Source: Myxococcota bacterium (GTDB taxonomy: Bacteria; Myxococcota_A; Bradymonadia; UBA7976; UBA1532). Taken from it: DNA of 58,052 nucleotides. Made by a program: the position numbers and the translations under genes. Shown piece after piece: positions 41,196 to 50,803 of the stretch (the first letter of the stretch is position 1; every line of letters begins with the position of its first letter). The notes below the pieces were generated by a model. It ran no database searches, was not told where the DNA came from, and saw only the letters and a list, made by a program, of their open reading frames with translations. The stretch spans positions 1 to 58,052 of the forward strand of contig JAYZEG010000032.1 in NCBI GenBank assembly GCA_036337435.1, written 5' to 3'.

Positions 41196-42224
41196 CTACT
41201 CCGAACTAAGCTGACCGTTCATAATGATACCATTCGTCATGTCGGTCAGGTCCCCACCCACACTCCAAACCCTGCCGTATTTACCCACCGCGTGTAAAGT
41301 GCGAAGGCCGACCTCGTTTGTTTGAGTGTTTGCAATTCTCTGCCATTGCGAATTCCCCGCACGCAAAAGCATGACACCCCGGTTACCCACAGCAAGTACG
41401 GCATTGTGGCTGACAACTGCAACCCCATTTAGGCCGGGAACAGCTGGAATGGATTCTTGGGTCCAAGTTTGAGCGTTTTCCGAACGAAAAACCATACCCA
41501 TATTTGCACCGCCGACCGCGTACACGTCGTCTTGGCCGTCAATGTTCTGGCCGTGTACAGTAAACAATAGGTCTCGGACCCCGGTGTCTAAACGCCTAAA
41601 CTCGGTCCCATCATAGACCAGACCGACGCCGCCTTCACCGACGATATAGACCTGATTTGCGGCCCGGCCCCAAACTTTATAGAAGTTTAGGTCGCTGGGA
41701 AATGTCGCATCGTCAATGCGGCGCCACTGCCCATTGCCTGATGAGCGCAGAACGACCCCTTTTGGTCCACCACGCCTCACGCTTCCTCCCACAGCCCATA
41801 TGTCTGTCGAGGACGCGGCCCAGACGCCCCATAAAACGAGTTTTTCATCAAGATCAATGGACTCATCAGACCAGCCGTTTCGTCCTTTTCGGATGATGCG
41901 GCCTCGTTCTCCAACAGCCCAGATGGTGTCGGAATCGATGCCGTGGATCCACCAGAGAAGGGGGCCTGCAGGCACTGCCTCAGGGACGAATGTTTCACCG
42001 TTGTTCTTGAGTACGACCCCACCGGCGTCTCCGACGGTGCCGCCCACAACATAGACGTCTCCTCGGGTCCCCCATAACCCAAGGAAAGCGTGCGCAGGTG
42101 CTTCGTGTCTGATTTCCAAGGTCTCACTGAATATGTCAGCCAGTGACTTGGGTCGGTTGGATTCTTCGCCACCGCAGTGACAGAATGTGACGAGTCCAAA
42201 AAGAAGGCATAGCAGCCTTTTCAT
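41196..42224 (-). CDS. Beta-propeller lipoprotein (repeated 'VWG..dvwAVG.G' blades)
   Basis: ATG 42224 overlaps the upstream stop (ATGA); signal MKRLLCLLFGLVTFCHC; about 7 blade-like repeats. Confidence 0.75.
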   Translation of the reverse strand: MKRLLCLLFGLVTFCHCGGEESNRPKSLADIFSETLEIRHEAPAHAFLGLWGTRGDVYVVGGTVGDAGGVVLKNNGETFVPEAVPAGPLLWWIHGIDSDTIWAVGERGRIIRKGRNGWSDESIDLDEKLVLWGVWAASSTDIWAVGGSVRRGGPKGVVLRSSGNGQWRRIDDATFPSDLNFYKVWGRAANQVYIVGEGGVGLVYDGTEFRRLDTGVRDLLFTVHGQNIDGQDDVYAVGGANMGMVFRSENAQTWTQESIPAVPGLNGVAVVSHNAVLAVGNRGVMLLRAGNSQWQRIANTQTNEVGLRTLHAVGKYGRVWSVGGDLTDMTNGIIMNGQLSSE

Positions 42225-44554
42225 CGTTTGACTGTTCGAAAGAGTCGGCATCGACCCAGGGCCAAGAGCATCACGATGAGCAAGTGACCGATGGGTGACT
42301 GGGTTCGACCACTTGCATCACAGGTGCAGCCCGTCGCTCCGTCTGCATCGGGGGAGCCTGCCGTCGAGCCGACATTGGCATCAGGATTCTGACTCGAATT
42401 TGGTGCTAACCCAAAGTCCCGCTGCGGCGGCGGAGGCAGTAGAGAATCGGCGAGCCCCGCATCCTGGTTTTCGGAGTCGCTGTCAGCCTCCGGTACGTTG
42501 GCATCCGGGATCGGCTGTTGGTCATCGTCGGATAGTGCGCATTGCCCTGTACCGTCGATGATGACGCAAAGCTGGCCGAGTGGGCATTGAACGCCAACAC
42601 ATGGATCGGGCGCACACTCACCTTCGATACATCGTTCCCCGCTTTCGCAGGCATCGTCGTTGCACTCATCAGGCGCGCATTGCCCATTGATACAGGCCTG
42701 TCCCTGAGGACAATTTCGGTCATCGCAGTCGACAGGTTGACAGATGCCATCGATGCAGATGGCGTTGAGTGGACAGCTAACAAGAGCGCAATTGGGAATA
42801 CAGTCTCCATCACGACAGAATTCGTTGGTATCGCACTCAGCGTCGCTACACGGATCAGGCTGACAGATTTCACCGACGCATAATTCGCCGTCGGGACACC
42901 CGTTATCGCGGCAATCGTTCGAGATGCACATCCCGACTTCATTACATTGTTCATCGGCTTGGCACACCACGCCCTCGCATGGGTCCAAGCACATCCCATC
43001 AATGCAGACCTCCGGTGCCTCGCATTCCAACAGTTCGCAGCGGGGCACACAAAAGCCTCGTGAGCACACCAAGCCAGGTGGGCATTCGTTCGCTGCGCAC
43101 GGGTTCGCGCAAGCTCCGTTGAGGCATCTCTGGCCATCGGGACAATTTGGATCTTCGTCAACTTTACCGTCACAGTCGGCGTCCAAACCATCACAAATAT
43201 CTTCAGGTAGGGGACCACACCGACCACATTCGTTGCGAAGTTGTTCATCGATTTGTCCGTCGCAATCGTTATCGATACCGTCGCACTGTTCATCGTCTGA
43301 ATCGTCCGATGGTTCACAGACCAGGCGGCCTTGTCGGCAGATTTCAGTGCCGGGCGCACAGACGCCGGGCAGACCGGTCGCACAGATGCCATCTATGTCG
43401 GTGTTTTCGTCGACCAGGCCATCACAATCGTCATCACTGTTGTTGCAGACCTCAGGACGCTCATTGGCGCAATTAATCGGGTCACAGGCATCGCCAAGTC
43501 CGTCACCGTCCTCGTCTGACTGTCCTGGATTCATCTCATTCGGACAGTTGTCGCAGAGATCACCGACTCCGTCTCCATCGCTGTCTGCTTGGTCTGGATT
43601 CGGGATGGCTGGACAATTGTCATCGGGAAGGCAGACCTCGTCCATATCTTCATCGCTACATGGTCGCTGATAACCCCAGCGAGTACTGTAGCATATCGCT
43701 GGACTCATGGCGTTGACGTCCAAGGGACCTGCATCGAAACGTAAGGCCAATGTGACATCATAGCCGTTGTCTGTGACCTGGTCATTGTCTTCGTCGGTGT
43801 CGTTGCCACGGTCGTCGGTGATGCCGTTACGCAATGGTGCACAGCCAGCCCCGGTGTTGGATATTCTAGACCGGCTCTCCGAGTATTCGCCGATCTCCCA
43901 ACCAGTGAGGAAGGTATCGGCTGGATCATTGCCGTACAGGGCAAGCATGGTTGTTGGTTGGTCGGGGTCATCACCTGCATCAAATTCGTAGACAGTCCTT
44001 GGCTCAGCCACCGATGAACCAGCATAATCGTTGTTGAAATTACCCTCAAAGTAGAGGTCTCCGTCGATGTATTGGGTGATGGCGAGTGTATCAAGACGCG
44101 CCTGAGTGAGATTTGTAAATGTCCAGCATTGAGTTAGGGTTGTACAATCGAGGGTTGTGACCATGTCGACCTGAATGCCATCGATTTGATAGCGACTCGT
44201 CAGTCGGTTTGGTGTGCCATCGCTTTCGGTTTGTACAGCAAGCGGGGTTGATTCGAGCCATTGGCCTTCACTGACGCCACCTTGTGTTCGGCAGAGGAAT
44301 GGCATCGCTTCGTAAACCGTTCCTTGGGCACCTCGGTCAGGCATATCCCGGGCAGGGTCATAGATAGCGTCTTGTTCGATGGTCACGGCACTGCCGTAGC
44401 TGCCGTAAACATCCATCGACAATTGCAGACGACCTGTCTCCTCGACGTCGCACTGCTCAGACGTCTCAAAAGAGTGCTGACCATTGACCGGCGCGGCGTT
44501 GATGGAAGCGGACCAGTACATGACCAATGCACCGAAAAAAAAGAAACGAATCAA
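42221..44554 (-). CDS. Cys-rich cell-surface protein: unknown beta head, TSP3-like repeats, 3 CDGxDNDCDG repeats, MYXO-CTERM-like anchor
   Basis: Start refined to TTG 44554 (GGGGGAGG SD 8 nt upstream); signal MIRFFFFGALVMYWSASINA; DNCP..NPDQADSDGDGVGDLC; C-terminal GCTC + TM + basic tail. Confidence 0.8.
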   Translation of the reverse strand: MIRFFFFGALVMYWSASINAAPVNGQHSFETSEQCDVEETGRLQLSMDVYGSYGSAVTIEQDAIYDPARDMPDRGAQGTVYEAMPFLCRTQGGVSEGQWLESTPLAVQTESDGTPNRLTSRYQIDGIQVDMVTTLDCTTLTQCWTFTNLTQARLDTLAITQYIDGDLYFEGNFNNDYAGSSVAEPRTVYEFDAGDDPDQPTTMLALYGNDPADTFLTGWEIGEYSESRSRISNTGAGCAPLRNGITDDRGNDTDEDNDQVTDNGYDVTLALRFDAGPLDVNAMSPAICYSTRWGYQRPCSDEDMDEVCLPDDNCPAIPNPDQADSDGDGVGDLCDNCPNEMNPGQSDEDGDGLGDACDPINCANERPEVCNNSDDDCDGLVDENTDIDGICATGLPGVCAPGTEICRQGRLVCEPSDDSDDEQCDGIDNDCDGQIDEQLRNECGRCGPLPEDICDGLDADCDGKVDEDPNCPDGQRCLNGACANPCAANECPPGLVCSRGFCVPRCELLECEAPEVCIDGMCLDPCEGVVCQADEQCNEVGMCISNDCRDNGCPDGELCVGEICQPDPCSDAECDTNEFCRDGDCIPNCALVSCPLNAICIDGICQPVDCDDRNCPQGQACINGQCAPDECNDDACESGERCIEGECAPDPCVGVQCPLGQLCVIIDGTGQCALSDDDQQPIPDANVPEADSDSENQDAGLADSLLPPPPQRDFGLAPNSSQNPDANVGSTAGSPDADGATGCTCDASGRTQSPIGHLLIVMLLALGRCRLFRTVKR

Positions 44555-44640
44555 GAGCTTAACCTCCCCCCACCAAACGAGCCTCACTATACACAAGCCG
44601 AGAGAGCAAATGTAGGTGTTTCTACTACAAAGAAAGAGTT

Positions 44641-47600
44641 TTAGAGACCGCTCGATTTGCGAGGGCGACCCGTGCGGCATCGCATTAAAATGGTCGATAA
44701 CACAAATAGCCAGAATCCCAACGGGACCTGTGTTTTGGATTGAATTTGGCAGCCGCAACCGGACTTAGGACGCGTACTCTGGGCTTCACCTAAGGTTCCG
44801 TCGAAATTGATGCTGTTTATGGATGTCCCAAAATCCCGGGGACGACCCGCATCTGCTGAGGTACTCGCGCCGTCCAGCGCAGGTGCCAAACCCGCATCTA
44901 GAAGACCGCCGTCATTCATTTGGGACCCTGCATCAGCATGATCCATCATCCAGTTCGGTGCGCATTGGGCGTTGCCGCCGACCAGCACGCATTGCTCTCC
45001 CCCAGGGCAGTCCGTGTGCAGGCAGAGGTCATCGATACACTGGCCCCTGAAGCAGACCAAACCGCGTGCGCAGATGATTCCGGCGCAATCACCTTGACAC
45101 CGCCCGTCATCACAGCTCTGTGTGTTGGGGCATTCGACACCGAAGCATGGATTTGGTTGGCAGACGCCTTCTCGGCACATCTGGTCCGCTGGGCAAGCTA
45201 CATCTGCGCAAGACTGGACGCAACGACTGGTGGCGGGATCACCTTCAATTCGGCAAAATTCACCGATTTCACAGACCACGTCTACACACGGGTCGGGTTG
45301 GCAACGGCCACTGAGGCACAATTCGTCATTTGGACAACCGGTCTCGTAACAACTGTCGTTGACGCAGTCGCCGGCAAAGCAGGTTTGTCCACGAGGGCAT
45401 TCGACATCGACACACAAGTCAACGCATTCTCCCGCCTCACATGGCATGCCAGGCGGACATGTGAGGGCTGCACATCGGTCGACACAGCCATCGTCCACAC
45501 AGGCACGTCGCTCATCAAAACACTCATTACCGATGCAGGCGTCGACGCAGAGACCCAGCGCACAAACGGTTTCACCGGGGCAGAGTTGCCCCTCGTCGGT
45601 TGTTCCGTCGCAATCATCATCGATTCCATTACAGCGCTCGCTGCCCAAGAGACCACAGAGACCGCAGGCATTTCGCAAACCTTCATCGATCAGCCCATCG
45701 CAATCATCGTCCTCCTGATTGCAGATTTCGACTCCGGGTCGTTGCTCAGGGGTGCACATCAAGGTTCCATTTCGGCATGTCTGCTGGCCTAAGGCGCATA
45801 GTCCGGGTTGCCCGGTCACACAGGGCGTATCGGTTTCAAAATTATCTTCATCATTCCGCCCATCGCAATCGTTGTCTAGGCCGTCACATAATTCCGGTTG
45901 GGGGTCGTTCACGGGTTCACAAATCAAGCCATTTTCCGTACACGCTTGCTGCCCCATGCCACAAAGGCCCGTCGCACCGGTCAGGCATAACTCACCACCT
46001 TCTGGATTGCCTTCGTCCGTATCGCCATCGCAATCATTGTCAAAGCCGTCGCAGAGTTCAGCATTGGGTTGGGCACTCTGTTCGCAGACGATGGCACCGT
46101 TGTTACATTGAGTTGTACCGACACTGCATGCCCCGACCAATCCATCCACCACACATGCAAAGCCAGCCTCCGGATTGCCCTCATCGGTTTGTCCATCGCA
46201 ATCATTATCTTGTGCATCGCAGCTCTCTTCCGCCGCTTGGACATCGCCATCGCACAACAATTCCCCTGCGCGGCATCGGAAAACCCCAGGCGCACAGGCA
46301 CCCGGCAGGTCGGTTTGGCAGCCCTGGCCAATCCGCCCATCATCTTCATCCGTCAGGCCATCGCAGTCATTATCCATGCCATCGCAAATCTCGGGTTCCT
46401 GCTGGGTCTCTTGAACGCAGTCGAGGGTACCATTCAGACATCTGAATTGGCCGATGCCACAGGCGCCACGAAGGCCCGTATCACATCGGCGTCCGCCACC
46501 GAGTTCGCCTTCGTCATTGCGGCCATCACAATCGTTGTCGACGCCATCACAGATTTCGGGCTGGATGTCATTGATGGGTTCGCAATTGAGTGTGGTTTGT
46601 TGTGCGCCTGGCGAGACGCCGCAAGACAAAACACCGATGGCGCAAACACCACTCCGGCCGGTATCACAAGGCACGTTGGCACCGACGACATCCTCATCGG
46701 TGCGCCCATCACAGTCATTGTCTTGACCATCACAACTTTCGTCTTCAGCCGTGAGAACGGATCGACAGGCTAAGTTCCCATTGATGCAACGGGTTTCTCC
46801 AGCCGCGCAAACGCCCAGGGCATCGGTCGCACAGACCCGTCCGCCCTCGGGGTTACCCTCGTCGATTCGACCGTCACAATCATCATCGATGGAATCACAG
46901 GTCTCTGGCACATCGGCGCGCTCGTCGACGGCCACATTGCCAACGCAAATGAGCTGGCCGTTTAGACAAGCTGATACACCTTCAGCGCAAACCCCTTCGG
47001 CGCCGGTCAAACAAGCCTGGTCGGTCCCGGGTGAGTCTTCATCAGTGATGCCATCGCAATCGTTGTCGGTCCCATCACAAAATTCGGGACGACCGATCGT
47101 TGGACCATCACACCGAACCTGACCGAGGCTGCAAATGAATTGCCCTTGGCCACAAGGCGTTTGACAATCGAGACCAATGGGTGCGCCCAGGTCTTCGTCG
47201 ACGCGGCCATCGCAATCATCATCTTGTCCGTTACAGGTCTCGTTTCGCTCGTTCGGCTGCAGATCGCCTACACAGCGAATTGCGCCATCCCGACAAAGCG
47301 TCACGCCGTCGCCGCACGCCCCCACACGGCCCGGAATCACGCAGTTCGCTCCGGCCCCGGGATTCTCTTCATCGATCCGACCATCGCAGTCATTATCCTG
47401 GGCATCGCAGATTTCAGTGCTTGGTTCGCTGTTTCTCACGCAGAGAAGTGCGCCCCCTTGGCATCGCGTACGTCCCTCACTACAGGCACCTAAGCTGCCG
47501 GTGTTACAGCCGATCTCACCCTCTGGGTTGCCTTCGTCAAAGCGCCCGTCACAATCATTGTCGAGTCCATCACAGAGTTCGGCGGCAGGGTCGCTGCGTG

Positions 47601-49281
47601 GAACACAATTTAAGTCGCCGTCGATACATCGAGTCCATCCACTTCGACATTCGCCAAACAGTGCTGTATCGCAGGGTCGTAAGCCTCCAGCCCGACCTTC
47701 ATCGGTAAACCCATCGCAATTATTATCCAAATTATCGCATTCTTCTGGAGCTGGGTCTTGACGGCGAGTGCAAACCAACTCTCCACCGATGCAGTTCGTC
47801 AGACCGGCGGCGCAGACGCCTTGTTGTCCTGTATTACAGTCCACACCAGCACCTGGCTCACCTTCATCAAAACGCTCATCACAATCATCATCTCGCCCGT
47901 TACACGATTCTGGACCGGACGGGACACATTCATAATCGTCGCACCCGTTACCAATTCCGTCGCCATCGGTATCCGCTTGGTTGGCATTTTGAACGGCGAT
48001 GCAATTATCGCACTCATCGCCTACGCCATCACCGTCTCTGTCACGCTGTTCCGGGTTTGCTACATTGGGACAATTATCGTCCCCCTGGCAGACGCCATCC
48101 TGATCGCCGGACTCATCGCCGCAAATTCCACCCAGCGATCGTTGCAAAACCAAGAGTGAGAAGGCGGTCGCTGCGTGCGCTTGCCAGCACCCGCGAGGTG
48201 CTTCGCATGGCCAATTTCCTTGATTGGTCTGAGTCTCCACAAGGGTGTAAGCGAAGTCGTAGTACCACCCTGCAGGCTCTTCGGGAAAACCATCAGCGGC
48301 AGGCGTTCGTACGCCGCCAACGTCATCCCCCCAAATGCCATCTCGGCCATCGCCTGACATACTTTCGAGTGCCTTAGCGACAGCCCACAGTGAGTAGTAG
48401 TATGATTGAGGATAATCACCGGCAACATGGTTGTCGTAACGGTAGTTGACGCGGAGCCAATCGATTGCATTTTGCACGCGAGGGACGAGGCCATCTTGTC
48501 CTGTGAGCAGGTGGATATTGATTCCAGCAGCTGTCATCGACGTGGTCGACGGCATGTTCATACAGGCACGATAGCCGAAACCACCATCATCATTTTGAGC
48601 CGAATCCAGATATCGATTGATCTCCCCGACGGAGTCGAGAACCCCTTCAACATGAGGTGTTGCAGCAGATAAACCCATCAGGGCGACTTGCGTCGCTGAG
48701 GTATCGCCCGTCTCCAGGTTTTCGGTGTAATTCCAGCTGCTGGCGACGCACGCGTTTGCATCAGCGGCTGCTTGTGTGTTCAGGAGTTGTTGCACGCCCC
48801 GCTCGATGGCCCCGCGCACTGAAACGATGGCATCGACGTCGTTTGGGCCGCCTGTGGACAGATACTTTGATAAGAACGCCACATTGGTGCCCGTCAAATA
48901 GGACTCGGCAGGTCCGTCGTTGGTCAGTGCTGGATCCGTATTGATAATTGATTGCGCCATCGCCCTAAGGCGAGTCTTGTCTTGGCGGCTTGATTGGCCA
49001 TAGCCCCGTTCTGGTGCTCCCCAGTCGCGGCTGCTGCGGCGTCCGAGAATCGCGAGACCGCCGATGGCCGTCGCATTGCCTCCGTACTGGCCGTTGGCCA
49101 ACTGGGCGCGGATCCATGCGAGTCCCCGTTCAACGGATTGATAAACCCGATCCCCAAATGGAGTTCTGAAGCCATGTGCCGTCGTCGCACAGCTTGTTGT
49201 AATCAAAATGCAACACAGGGCTGTTCTCAACTTCGGATTTATCACCACGCTTACTTTCACCTCACGGCGGTTTTTTGTCAT
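44641..49281 (-). CDS. Large Cys-rich cell-surface protein: prenyltransferase/squalene-cyclase-like alpha-barrel head, TSP3-like repeats, 15 CDGxDNDCDG repeats, MYXO-CTERM-like anchor
   Basis: QW-like motifs (AQNDDGGFGY, TQTNQGNW); 15 ExC(D/N)xxD(N/D)xCD..DE units counted; C-terminal GCGC + TM + basic tail. The start may be GTG 49248. Confidence 0.8.
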   Translation of the reverse strand: MTKNRREVKVSVVINPKLRTALCCILITTSCATTAHGFRTPFGDRVYQSVERGLAWIRAQLANGQYGGNATAIGGLAILGRRSSRDWGAPERGYGQSSRQDKTRLRAMAQSIINTDPALTNDGPAESYLTGTNVAFLSKYLSTGGPNDVDAIVSVRGAIERGVQQLLNTQAAADANACVASSWNYTENLETGDTSATQVALMGLSAATPHVEGVLDSVGEINRYLDSAQNDDGGFGYRACMNMPSTTSMTAAGINIHLLTGQDGLVPRVQNAIDWLRVNYRYDNHVAGDYPQSYYYSLWAVAKALESMSGDGRDGIWGDDVGGVRTPAADGFPEEPAGWYYDFAYTLVETQTNQGNWPCEAPRGCWQAHAATAFSLLVLQRSLGGICGDESGDQDGVCQGDDNCPNVANPEQRDRDGDGVGDECDNCIAVQNANQADTDGDGIGNGCDDYECVPSGPESCNGRDDDCDERFDEGEPGAGVDCNTGQQGVCAAGLTNCIGGELVCTRRQDPAPEECDNLDNNCDGFTDEGRAGGLRPCDTALFGECRSGWTRCIDGDLNCVPRSDPAAELCDGLDNDCDGRFDEGNPEGEIGCNTGSLGACSEGRTRCQGGALLCVRNSEPSTEICDAQDNDCDGRIDEENPGAGANCVIPGRVGACGDGVTLCRDGAIRCVGDLQPNERNETCNGQDDDCDGRVDEDLGAPIGLDCQTPCGQGQFICSLGQVRCDGPTIGRPEFCDGTDNDCDGITDEDSPGTDQACLTGAEGVCAEGVSACLNGQLICVGNVAVDERADVPETCDSIDDDCDGRIDEGNPEGGRVCATDALGVCAAGETRCINGNLACRSVLTAEDESCDGQDNDCDGRTDEDVVGANVPCDTGRSGVCAIGVLSCGVSPGAQQTTLNCEPINDIQPEICDGVDNDCDGRNDEGELGGGRRCDTGLRGACGIGQFRCLNGTLDCVQETQQEPEICDGMDNDCDGLTDEDDGRIGQGCQTDLPGACAPGVFRCRAGELLCDGDVQAAEESCDAQDNDCDGQTDEGNPEAGFACVVDGLVGACSVGTTQCNNGAIVCEQSAQPNAELCDGFDNDCDGDTDEGNPEGGELCLTGATGLCGMGQQACTENGLICEPVNDPQPELCDGLDNDCDGRNDEDNFETDTPCVTGQPGLCALGQQTCRNGTLMCTPEQRPGVEICNQEDDDCDGLIDEGLRNACGLCGLLGSERCNGIDDDCDGTTDEGQLCPGETVCALGLCVDACIGNECFDERRACVDDGCVDRCAALTCPPGMPCEAGECVDLCVDVECPRGQTCFAGDCVNDSCYETGCPNDELCLSGRCQPDPCVDVVCEIGEFCRIEGDPATSRCVQSCADVACPADQMCREGVCQPNPCFGVECPNTQSCDDGRCQGDCAGIICARGLVCFRGQCIDDLCLHTDCPGGEQCVLVGGNAQCAPNWMMDHADAGSQMNDGGLLDAGLAPALDGASTSADAGRPRDFGTSINSINFDGTLGEAQSTRPKSGCGCQIQSKTQVPLGFWLFVLSTILMRCRTGRPRKSSGL

Positions 49282-49408
49282 CGACGGGACAGCTGGATGC
49301 GCTGGCTACCAAGCAGAACGATGACGCTCATCATTTGTTAAGATCAGAATATAGCCAATTGTCGGTCGATGTCGACTCCCACCTTTGGTGGCGTCTTAAG
49401 AAACGCGT

Positions 49409-49870
49409 CTAGCTGACTCGGACATCGAGGACATTGTCCGGTAAGTGTTGGGCTAAGATGGACAAGAGTTCATCAAAGGCGTCGGGACCCAAAGGCAAGC
49501 TCGAAATAACGAATTTGGTCTCGCCACTTTTAAGCACCAGTTCGCGAAATGGGGGAGGCCCCATGAATCGAGACGCTTTATCACGTCCCTGTCTTACAAA
49601 GGCAGCCGTGACATCATCAAAACGAACAACGCGTGTTTTGAAGCGGCCGCGGCAAAGGATTCCATCGGCATTCACAGCCATCCGGAAACGCAGGGCGGTG
49701 AAAATAACACCGATGGTAAAGCCGATGGCGATCACACTGAAAAAGACGATCAGTGCCGGGTCATCTTTCCCGAGATGATGGAGCGCAACCGGGAACGCGG
49801 CTAACGGAACGAGACTGACGAAGTTTCGAACGAGACGACCCCCATGAAATCTAAAAACTGTCTCCGTCAT
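49409..49870 (-). CDS. Small membrane protein with a bacterial PH-like domain
   Basis: Two TM helices, then 'VNADGILCRGRFKTRVVRFDDV'. Confidence 0.6.
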   Translation of the reverse strand: MTETVFRFHGGRLVRNFVSLVPLAAFPVALHHLGKDDPALIVFFSVIAIGFTIGVIFTALRFRMAVNADGILCRGRFKTRVVRFDDVTAAFVRQGRDKASRFMGPPPFRELVLKSGETKFVISSLPLGPDAFDELLSILAQHLPDNVLDVRVS

Positions 49871-49876
49871 ACCGTG

Positions 49877-50728
49877 CTAGCCCAGCTCAACTACGCCATG
49901 TGACAAGACCGCAGTTTCGCCCACCAGCACCTCGAGGCGATAGACATTATCGTCGACCGAATCATAAATCCGTACATCGAGTTCATCACCGGGAAAAACA
50001 ACCTGACTGAACCGGGCTGTGAACGATTTAATGGCCTTTTTGTCACCGGCACAAAGGGAATCGAGAATGGCACGGACAGCAACGCCATAGGTGCACAGAC
50101 CATGCAATATGGGCTCTTTAAAGCCCACTTTTTGCGCTAAGTTCGGGTCAACATGGAGGGGATTCAAATCCCCACTGAGTCGATAAAGAAGGGCTTGCGA
50201 GGGCGTGGTCGAGTAGCATCTTTCAAACACCGGTGGACCGTCCATCTGGTCCGGAAGCGGAATCGACTGGCCTCGTTCGCCACCAAAACCGCCTTGGCCG
50301 CGACAAAAGATTGACCAACTGGTATCGAAAAGATGCTCACCAGCCGCGCTTCGTGTTTCTGTCTCGATAATAACAACCGCACCCTTGCCCTTGTCTTGGA
50401 CTTCCGTGACACGGCCCATACTGTGAAATGTTCCCTCTTTTGGGATCGGTGCGTGCAGCTTGATGGTTTGGGCACCATGAACCAGCGTTTTCATGTTGGC
50501 GTTGACTGCAGCGAGGGCTTTCATGACGATGGGTTGAGTTGGTATGACGGCGAAGCTCGGCAAAACTTTGAAGTGTTCGCTGCCCTCCCAAACGTAATCT
50601 AGCGAGTCTCTTCCATACCCAACACCCAGTGCATAGAGGGCCGTTTCTTTCCAGGAATACGAGAAGGGCTTTAATTCAATTGGTTGCCCAATGGTCTCTA
50701 GATTCAAAGTCATCAGCTCAATCTCCAA
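49877..50728 (-). CDS. MaoC / hydratase-2 type double-hotdog (R)-enoyl-CoA hydratase
   Basis: LYALGVG, LVHGAQ, DKGKGA, YRLSGDLNPLHVDP, ILHGLCT. Confidence 0.9.
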   Translation of the reverse strand: MEIELMTLNLETIGQPIELKPFSYSWKETALYALGVGYGRDSLDYVWEGSEHFKVLPSFAVIPTQPIVMKALAAVNANMKTLVHGAQTIKLHAPIPKEGTFHSMGRVTEVQDKGKGAVVIIETETRSAAGEHLFDTSWSIFCRGQGGFGGERGQSIPLPDQMDGPPVFERCYSTTPSQALLYRLSGDLNPLHVDPNLAQKVGFKEPILHGLCTYGVAVRAILDSLCAGDKKAIKSFTARFSQVVFPGDELDVRIYDSVDDNVYRLEVLVGETAVLSHGVVELG

Positions 50729-50803
50729 AACGTGCCGTGGCTATTCGGTACATGATTCCATTTAGTTAGGCAACCATCGAGCGCATTCTGAGGCTGCTTT
50801 CAG

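Noticed and set aside
42295..48494. Many 100-330 aa alternative-frame or antisense ORFs
   Set aside because: Shadows of repetitive Cys/Asp/Gly codons in the two surface-protein genes.
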